NCBI GenBank assembly: GCA_038320275.1
Contig: JBBQEB010000060.1
Span: 1 to 20,238, forward strand
Reading direction: 5' to 3'
DNA length: 20,238 bases
DNA from: Myxococcales bacterium
GTDB lineage: Bacteria > Myxococcota > Myxococcia > Myxococcales > Anaeromyxobacteraceae
In this document: piece after piece, positions 14,093-20,238 of the stretch
How the letters are laid out: the number at the start of each line of letters is the position of its first letter
Numbering within the stretch: the stretch's first letter is position 1
Translations under genes and position numbers: made by a program
Notes under the pieces: model-generated
Databases searched by the model: none
Told to the model about the DNA's origin: nothing
The model's input: only the letters and a program-made list of their open reading frames with translations

Positions 14093-16456
14093 ATGCGGTC
14101 CCCCCTTCCGGCGCTGGCGCTCGCCCTCGTCCTCGGCGCACCGGCGTGGGCGGCCGGCGCGCCCACCGTCGAAGGCGTGCTGGTCGAGGGCAACCGCCGG
14201 GTCGAGATCGACGCCATCAAGGCAGCGCTCGGGACGAAAGCCGGCGAGCCGCTCGACGTGAAGAAGGTCGACGCCGACATCAAGGCGGTGATGAAGCTCG
14301 GCTTCTTCGCCGACGTGGTGGTGGAGGAGCGCGGCCCGGCGGAGCGCCCCACTGTGGTGTTCCGGGTCGCGGAGCGGCCCGCGCTGCGCGACTTCAAGAT
14401 CACCGGGAACGAGGAGCTCTCGTTCGACGACCTGAAGGATCTGGTGGAGGTGAAGCCGTACGCCGTGGTCGATCTCGGCCTCGTCCGCAAGAGCGTCAAG
14501 AAGATGCAGGAGAAGTACGTCGAGAAGGGCTACTACCTCGCCGACGTGGGCTATCGGCTGGAGGAGCAGCCCGACAACCAGGTCACGGTCTTCTTCGAGG
14601 TGAACGAGCACGCCAAGGTGCAGGTGAGGACCATCACCATCCTCGGCAACGAGCACGTCTCCAAGGACGACCTCACCTCGGTCATGCAGACGCAGGAGGG
14701 CGGCTTCCTCTCCTTCCTCACCGGCTCCGGCACCTACCGCGAGGAGGCCTTCCAGCGCGACGTGCAGGCCATCCAGTACGTCTACGGGGACCGCGGCTAC
14801 CTCTACGCCAAGGTGGCCAAGCCCTCGGTGGCGCTCTCTCCCGACAAGCGATTCCTCTACGCCACGCTGCGGATCGAGGAGGGGGAGCAGTACCGCCTGG
14901 GGAAGGTCGACTTCCAGGGCGAGCTGCTCCACGACAAGTCCGAGCTGGCGAAGCTCGCCACGGTGAGGACCGGCGAGATCTTCGCTCGCTCCCGCGTCGC
15001 GCGCGATCTGTTCGCCATCGCCGACCTGTACCGCGACGAGGGCTACGCCTACGCCAACGTCACCCCCATCCCCACCGCCGACCCGAAGACCCGCATCGTG
15101 GATCTCGTCTACGACGTCCAGCCCGGCCGCAAGGTCTGGTTCGAGCGCATCGAGATCGCAGGAAACACGAAGACGCGCGACAAGGTGATCCGCCGCGAGA
15201 TGCGGATCTACGAGGGAGAGCTCTTCAGCGCGACGGCGCTCAACCAGACTCGCCAGCGGGTGAACGCGCTCGGCTACTTCGAGAACGTCAACATCACCAC
15301 CGAGAAGGGCAGCGCCGAGGACAAGATGATCGCGCGCGTGACGGTGAAGGAGCGCTCCACCGGCACCTTCCAGCTGGGCGCGGGCTTCTCGTCTTACGAG
15401 AACTTCATCCTCACCGGGCAGGTCTCGCAGAACAACTTCTTCGGGTGGGGACAGACGCTGTCGCTGCAAGTCCAGTGGTCGTCCATCCGGCAGCTCGGGC
15501 AGATCCAGTTCGTCGAGCCGTACTTCCTCGACACCAAGTGGACCTTCGCCTTCGACCTCTACGCCACGGAGGGCTTCTACTCCACCTTCATCCGCAAGGC
15601 GCTGGGCGGGTCCATGACGTGGGGCTACGAGCTCAACGGGCTCGCGCAGTGGTGGCCGTGGGCGCGGCGCCTCGAGGACATGCGCCTCTTCGCGACGTAC
15701 ACCAACGAGTACGTCACGGTGACCCCGACCACCACCGACATCCAGCTCGCCAACCGGTTCCGGTCCGGAACCACCAGTGCCGTCCGCCTCTCCTTGCAGT
15801 GGGACAAGCGCGACAATCGGCTCTTCCCCACCAACGGCTTCTTCCATTCCCTCTCGGCCGAGGCCGCGCCGCCGCTCCTCGCGCCCGACTGGCTGTTCGG
15901 GCCGGGCGTGAACCTCTTCACCCGCTACACGCTCGACTCGCGCTTCTACAAGCCGGTCTGGTTCTTCGTCGCGAGGGCCAAGGTCGCGGCCGGCTTCATC
16001 AAGAACTGGGACGAGGCGCACCCCATCCCCGTCTCGGAGCTCTACTACCTGGGCGGCATCAACTCCGTCCGCGGCTACCGGCTCCTCTCGCTCGCGCCCA
16101 CCACGCTCGTCGGGTCCACCGGGCGTGGCGACTCCGAGCTGTTCCCGCTCGTGACGGGGGGCAACAAGCAGCTGACCGTCAACCTGGAGCTCGAGTTCCC
16201 CATCTTCGAGAAGGTGGGCATCCGCGGCGTGGCCTTCTACGACCTCGGCAACGCCTTCCCGCCCGGCAAGTACACCGACCCGGCCGTGGGACTCTCGCTC
16301 TACAAGTCGGTGGGCGCGGGCGTGCGGTGGGTGAGCCCCATCGGCCCCCTGCGCTTCGAATGGGGTATCCCGCTCAACCGGCGCCGCGATCCTCTGTCGG
16401 GCGTCTACCTCGACCAGTCCGTGGACTTCCAGTTCACCATCGGAAACTTCTTCTGA
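14093..16456 (+). CDS. bamA: Outer membrane protein assembly factor BamA (787 aa)
   Basis: Signal peptide MRSPLPALALALVLGAPAWA; five POTRA repeats (last: IAGNTKTRDKVIRRE...VKERSTG); loop-6 motif YYLGGINSVRGY; WVSPIGPLRFEWG; C-terminal FQFTIGNFF. Followed by skp-lpxD. Confidence 0.97.
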   Translation: MRSPLPALALALVLGAPAWAAGAPTVEGVLVEGNRRVEIDAIKAALGTKAGEPLDVKKVDADIKAVMKLGFFADVVVEERGPAERPTVVFRVAERPALRDFKITGNEELSFDDLKDLVEVKPYAVVDLGLVRKSVKKMQEKYVEKGYYLADVGYRLEEQPDNQVTVFFEVNEHAKVQVRTITILGNEHVSKDDLTSVMQTQEGGFLSFLTGSGTYREEAFQRDVQAIQYVYGDRGYLYAKVAKPSVALSPDKRFLYATLRIEEGEQYRLGKVDFQGELLHDKSELAKLATVRTGEIFARSRVARDLFAIADLYRDEGYAYANVTPIPTADPKTRIVDLVYDVQPGRKVWFERIEIAGNTKTRDKVIRREMRIYEGELFSATALNQTRQRVNALGYFENVNITTEKGSAEDKMIARVTVKERSTGTFQLGAGFSSYENFILTGQVSQNNFFGWGQTLSLQVQWSSIRQLGQIQFVEPYFLDTKWTFAFDLYATEGFYSTFIRKALGGSMTWGYELNGLAQWWPWARRLEDMRLFATYTNEYVTVTPTTTDIQLANRFRSGTTSAVRLSLQWDKRDNRLFPTNGFFHSLSAEAAPPLLAPDWLFGPGVNLFTRYTLDSRFYKPVWFFVARAKVAAGFIKNWDEAHPIPVSELYYLGGINSVRGYRLLSLAPTTLVGSTGRGDSELFPLVTGGNKQLTVNLELEFPIFEKVGIRGVAFYDLGNAFPPGKYTDPAVGLSLYKSVGAGVRWVSPIGPLRFEWGIPLNRRRDPLSGVYLDQSVDFQFTIGNFF

Positions 16457-16479
16457 GCCTCACCCGGAGAGCACACGCC

Positions 16480-17094
16480 ATGCGCCACGCCGCCTTCGCA
16501 GCCGCAGCCCTCGCCTCGGTCCTCGTCGCCGCCGCCCCCGCCCGCGCGCAGGCCCAGGGAAAGATCGCCTACGTCGACCTCCAGCGCGCGCTGAACGAGG
16601 TGGAGGAGGGCAAGGCCGCCAAGGCGGGGCTCAAGCGCGAGTTCGACCAGAAGCAGAAGATGCTCGACGAGAAGAAGACCGAGTTCGAGCGGATGCGCGC
16701 CGATCTCGAGAAGCAGGCCACGGTCATGAGCGAGGACGCCCGCAGGACGAAGGGCGCCGACCTGGAGCGCAAGGGAATCGAGCTGCAGGGGCTCTTCGTC
16801 CAGCTCCAGAAGGAGCTCTCGGAGCGGGAGCGGGAGGCGACCCGCGGCATCTTCGACAAGATGCACGCCATCGTCCGCGAGATCGCCGACCAGGAGAGCG
16901 TCTCGCTGGTGGTGACGGCCGAGGCGCTGGTTTACGGCGCGCCCTCGCTCGACCTCACCAACGAGCTCGTCCGCAAGTACAACGCGCGCCACAAGGGCGC
17001 CGGCACCCCTGCCGCCGCGGCCAAGAAGGGGGACGCGGCCAAGAAGGGTGACGCGGCCAAGGCCACCGCGCCGGCCAAGGCGGGCGCCAAGTGA
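16480..17094 (+). CDS. skp: OmpH/Skp periplasmic chaperone (204 aa)
   Basis: C-terminal part of the 14050..17094 ORF: signal peptide MRHAAFAAAALASVLVAAAPARA, KIAYVDLQRAL, coiled-coil body and DLTNELVRKYN. GGAGAG upstream; canonical position between bamA and lpxD. Confidence 0.93.
   Translation: MRHAAFAAAALASVLVAAAPARAQAQGKIAYVDLQRALNEVEEGKAAKAGLKREFDQKQKMLDEKKTEFERMRADLEKQATVMSEDARRTKGADLERKGIELQGLFVQLQKELSEREREATRGIFDKMHAIVREIADQESVSLVVTAEALVYGAPSLDLTNELVRKYNARHKGAGTPAAAAKKGDAAKKGDAAKATAPAKAGAK
17017..17061 (+). repeat. Short coding repeat, 2.5 x 18 nt (AAKKGD) in the Skp tail
   Basis: GCGGCCAAGAAGGGGGAC GCGGCCAAGAAGGGTGAC GCGGCCAAG. Confidence 0.85.
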
Positions 17095-18137
17095 CCTTCA
17101 CGCTGGGCGATCTCGCCGCGCGCGTCGGCGCCGAGGTGGTGGGCGACCCCAGCATCGCCGTCGGCGGGGTGGCGCCGCTCGAGACGGCGGGCCCGAGCGA
17201 CCTGTCCTTCTTCGCCAACAGGAAGTACCGGTCGGCCTTCGAGGCCACCCGCGCGGGCGCCGTGGTGGTCGAGCAGGACGAGGCGGCGCCGGCCGGGCGG
17301 ACGGTCCTTCGGGCCCGGAACGCCTACCTCGCCTTCGCGAAGCTCTCGACGGTCTTCCACCCGCCGCGCGCCGCGTCCCCCGGGGTGGCCGCCGAGGCGT
17401 ACGTCCACCCCAGCGCACGGGTGGACGGAAGCGCCGAGCTCATGCCTCTCGCCTACGTCGGGGCCGATGCGGTGGTGGGCCCGCGCTGCATCCTCCACCC
17501 CGGCGCGCACGTGGGCTCCGGCGCGCGGCTCGGCGCGGACTGCGTGCTGTGGCCCCACGCCGTGGTGCGGGATGGCTGCACGCTCGGCGACAGGGTCGTG
17601 CTGGAGCCCGGCTGCGTGGTGGGGTCGGACGGCTTCGGGTTCGCATTCGACCCGGAGGGCGACGGGACCGGGCCGAGGCACTACAAGGTGCCGCAGTCGG
17701 GCACGGTGCGGATCGAGGACGACGTGGAGCTCGGCGCCAACGTCTGCGTGGACCGCGCCACCCTGGGCGAGACCGTGATCGGCCGCGGGGTCAAGGTCGA
17801 CAACCTGGTGCAGATCGCGCACAACGTGGAGGTCGGGCCGCTCTCGCTCCTCATCGCCCAGGTGGGCATCGCGGGCTCGACGAAGCTCGGGGTGGGGGTC
17901 ATCGCGGCGGGGCAGGTGGGCATCGTCGGCCACCTCACCATCGGCGACGGGGCGAAGCTCGGAGCACAGAGCGGCATCATGCACGACGTCGAGCCCGGCG
18001 CGGTGCTGTTCGGCAGCCCGGCCCGCCCCAAGGGCGAGGCGCTGCGGATCGAGGCGGCCATGAACCGCTTGCCCGAGCTGATGAAGAAGGTGAAGGAACT
18101 GGAGAAGCGGTTGGCCCGCCTGGAGGAGAGACCATGA
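17091..18137 (+). CDS. lpxD: UDP-3-O-acylglucosamine N-acyltransferase (348 aa)
   Basis: N-terminal uridine-binding region (LSFFANRKY), hexapeptide repeats, VGSDGFGF, KVPQSG, ELGANVCVDR and KVDNLVQIAHNV. GTGA overlap with skp. Confidence 0.97.
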   Translation: MTFTLGDLAARVGAEVVGDPSIAVGGVAPLETAGPSDLSFFANRKYRSAFEATRAGAVVVEQDEAAPAGRTVLRARNAYLAFAKLSTVFHPPRAASPGVAAEAYVHPSARVDGSAELMPLAYVGADAVVGPRCILHPGAHVGSGARLGADCVLWPHAVVRDGCTLGDRVVLEPGCVVGSDGFGFAFDPEGDGTGPRHYKVPQSGTVRIEDDVELGANVCVDRATLGETVIGRGVKVDNLVQIAHNVEVGPLSLLIAQVGIAGSTKLGVGVIAAGQVGIVGHLTIGDGAKLGAQSGIMHDVEPGAVLFGSPARPKGEALRIEAAMNRLPELMKKVKELEKRLARLEERP

Positions 18138-18601
18138 GCGACGACAAGAAGCCCGTCCTGAACATCCAGCAGATCGAGAAGCTCTTGCCCCACCGGTACC
18201 CGTTCCTGCTGGTGGACAAGGTGATCGAGCTGGAGCCCGACAAGCGGATCGTCGGCATCAAGTGCGTGACGTCGAACGAGCCGTTCTTCCCCGGGCACTT
18301 TCCCGAGCAGAAGGTCATGCCGGGCGTCCTCATCATCGAGGCGCTGGCGCAGTGCTCCGCGCTCATGAGCCTGGGCGCCATGCCGGAGGAGCAGCGCAAG
18401 GGCAAGGTCATCTACTTCATGGGCATCGACAACGCCCGCTTCCGGAAGCCCGTGGTGCCGGGCGACGTGCTCGAGCTCCACGCCACCATGGTGAAGCGCA
18501 AGGGCGGGCTGCTCAAGGTGAAGTGCGAGGCCAAGGTGGACGGCAAGACCGTCGCCGAGGCGGACTGCATGGCCATGCTGGCCGACGCGTCGGCGAGCTA
18601 G
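18134..18601 (+). CDS. fabZ: 3-hydroxyacyl-ACP dehydratase (155 aa)
   Basis: C-terminal part of the 17048..18601 ORF: LPHRYPFLLVD, NEPFFPGHFP, MPGVLIIEALAQ and ARFRKPVVPGD. ATGA overlap with lpxD; SD GGAGGAG. Confidence 0.97.
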   Translation: MSDDKKPVLNIQQIEKLLPHRYPFLLVDKVIELEPDKRIVGIKCVTSNEPFFPGHFPEQKVMPGVLIIEALAQCSALMSLGAMPEEQRKGKVIYFMGIDNARFRKPVVPGDVLELHATMVKRKGGLLKVKCEAKVDGKTVAEADCMAMLADASAS

Positions 18602-18611
18602 TCTTCCGGGC

Positions 18612-19388
18612 ATGGCGATTCACCCGACCGCCGTCGTCGCGCCCGGCGCGCGCATCGACGCGACCTGCGAGGTGGGCCCGTTCGCGGTGATCGGGCCCGA
18701 GGTGGCGCTCGGCCCTCGCAACGTGGTGGGCGCCCACGCCGTGCTGGACGGCGAGACCACCTTCGGCGAGGGGAACCGCGTCTTTCCACACGCGTGCCTG
18801 GGAGGCATCCCGCAGGATCTCAAGTTCGCCGGGGAGAAGACGAAGCTCGTCATCGGCGATCGAAACCAGTTCCGCGAGTTCGTCACGGTCCACGTCGGCA
18901 CCGCCGGCGGCGGCGGCGTCACCCGCATCGCGAGCGGCTGCCTCTTCATGGCGAACAGCCACGTCGCCCATGACTGCCAGGTGGGCGATGGCTGCATCCT
19001 CGCCAACTCGGTGCCCCTGGCCGGCCACGTCACCCTGGAGGATCACGTCATCCTGGGCGGGCTGGCCGGCGTCCATCAGTTCACCCGCGTCGGGCGCTTC
19101 GCCTTCGCGGCGGGCGGCTCCGTGATCACGCAGGACGTGGCGCCGTACTGCACGGTCCACGGCGACCGGGCGTCGGTGGTCGGCATCAACTCCACCGGCC
19201 TGCTGCGGGCGGGCTACAGCGAGGATCAGGTGGGCCGGGTCAAGGAGGCGCATCGCATCGTCTTTCGCAAGAAGCTGCGCCTGGACGAGGCGTGCGCGCA
19301 GCTCCGCGAGCGCTTCGCCGGCCAGCCCGAGATCGAGCACCTGCTGCGCTTCCTCGAGGGCGTGGGCGAGCGCGGCCTGATGCGCTGA
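18612..19388 (+). CDS. lpxA: Acyl-ACP--UDP-N-acetylglucosamine O-acyltransferase (258 aa)
   Basis: IHPTAVV, PQDLKF, REFVTVHVGT, MANSHVAHDC (catalytic His), LAGHV, VHQF, QDVAPY and GIN. Confidence 0.97.
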   Translation: MAIHPTAVVAPGARIDATCEVGPFAVIGPEVALGPRNVVGAHAVLDGETTFGEGNRVFPHACLGGIPQDLKFAGEKTKLVIGDRNQFREFVTVHVGTAGGGGVTRIASGCLFMANSHVAHDCQVGDGCILANSVPLAGHVTLEDHVILGGLAGVHQFTRVGRFAFAAGGSVITQDVAPYCTVHGDRASVVGINSTGLLRAGYSEDQVGRVKEAHRIVFRKKLRLDEACAQLRERFAGQPEIEHLLRFLEGVGERGLMR

Positions 19389-19394
19389 ACGGTG

Positions 19395-20198
19395 ATGGCC
19401 ACCTTGGGGCTCATCGCGGGGGGCGGACGCTTCCCGCTCCTCTTCGCGGAGAGCGCCCGCAAGGCGGGTCATCGCGTGGTCGCGACGGGGTTCGTCCGGC
19501 AGACCGCGCCGGAGCTGGAGGCGGGGGTGGACGCGCTCACCTGGGTGAAGCTGGGTGAGTTCGGCAAGGTGGCGGCGGCCCTGAAGCGCGGACGGGCGGA
19601 GGGCGTCGTCATGCTGGGCGGGGTGACCAAGGCGCGCTTCTTCCGCGACGCCTGGGTCGATGCGGCGGGGCTGAAGCTCCTCGCGCAGGTAGCCGTCCGC
19701 TCCGATGACAACCTCCTGCGCGCGGTCGCGCGCTGGCTGGAGGAGCAGGGGCTGCCGGTGGTGGACGCCACGCCCTATCTGCGCGACCGGCTCGCGCCCG
19801 AAGGGGTCCTGGGCAGGCACGCGCCCAGCGAAAGCGAATGGAGCGACGCGCGCTACGGGCTCGAGCTCGCCCGCGGCATCGGGCGGCTCGACCTGGGGCA
19901 GACGGTGGTGGTGAAGGAGGGCGTCGGCGTCGCGGTGGAGGCGCTGGAGGGCACCGACGCCTGCATCCGCCGCGGCGGGGAGCTCGCCAAGGGGGGTGCG
20001 GTGGTGGTGAAGGCGGTGAAGCCGGGGCAGGACAGGCGCTTCGACCTGCCCGCCGTGGGTCCGGACACGGTGGAGGTGATGCGCGAGGTGAAGGCGCGCG
20101 TGCTCGCCATCGAGGCGGGGGCCACCCTCGTCATGGATCGCGTGGAGATGGTGCGCCGCGCGGACGCGGCGAAGATCGCGGTCGTAGGCGTTGCCTGA
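19395..20198 (+). CDS. lpxI: UDP-2,3-diacylglucosamine diphosphatase LpxI (DUF1009)
   Basis: LGLIAGGGRFP, DLGQTVVV, AVEALEGTD, KAVKPGQDRRFDLPAVGPDT; directly after lpxA. Start is ATG 19395 or GTG 19392. Confidence 0.93.
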   Translation: MATLGLIAGGGRFPLLFAESARKAGHRVVATGFVRQTAPELEAGVDALTWVKLGEFGKVAAALKRGRAEGVVMLGGVTKARFFRDAWVDAAGLKLLAQVAVRSDDNLLRAVARWLEEQGLPVVDATPYLRDRLAPEGVLGRHAPSESEWSDARYGLELARGIGRLDLGQTVVVKEGVGVAVEALEGTDACIRRGGELAKGGAVVVKAVKPGQDRRFDLPAVGPDTVEVMREVKARVLAIEAGATLVMDRVEMVRRADAAKIAVVGVA

Positions 20199-20222
20199 CG
20201 TGCCGCCGTGGGCCCGCGACGT

Positions 20223-20238
20223 GGAGGGAGGCGTGGTG
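20223..20238 (+). promoter_or_regulatory. Strong SD plus GTG: probable start of the next gene (identity not visible)
   Basis: GGAGGGAGG followed by GTG at 20233 and 20236 at the window edge. Confidence 0.45.

Noticed and set aside
14050..16479. 1014-aa ORF apparently fusing a long domain to Skp
   Set aside because: Alternate frame of bamA. Skp has its own SD, ATG (16480) and signal peptide.
17048..18133. N-terminal extension on FabZ (517-aa ORF)
   Set aside because: Alternate frame of lpxD. fabZ starts at ATG 18134 with a strong SD.
20199..20238. Calling the next gene lpxB
   Set aside because: Plausible from gene order, but at most two codons are visible, so the sequence cannot support it.

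Overview
Uniformly very high-GC chromosomal window that resembles Anaeromyxobacter/Myxococcota (inferred from GC content and gene order, not searched). It holds two divergent gene blocks that meet at a 171-nt intergenic region (6602-6772). Minus strand, read right to left: a short one-POTRA Omp85-family barrel, a DUF4390-like exported protein, an NtrY-like HAMP histidine kinase with no response regulator in the window, a YdfG-like SDR, and a pair of M16B peptidase subunits (one with HxxEH, one without; the second is cut by the window edge). Plus strand: a Rho_N-like/7x18-aa repeat/DUF4912-like protein, a GH57 (DUF1957) glucan branching enzyme, lysS, an unusually long LolC/E permease, lolD, bamA, skp, lpxD, fabZ, lpxA and lpxI. 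I saw no RNA genes, mobile elements or CRISPR arrays. The best candidates for undescribed biology are (1) the Omp85-DUF4390-kinase trio, a possible trans-envelope signalling module, (2) the repeat-bearing DUF4912 protein abutting the GH57 gene, a possible glucan-granule/nucleoid adaptor, and (3) the LolC/E with about 200 extra membrane residues and an apparent CTG start. All family assignments come from motif recognition by eye; no database search was run.
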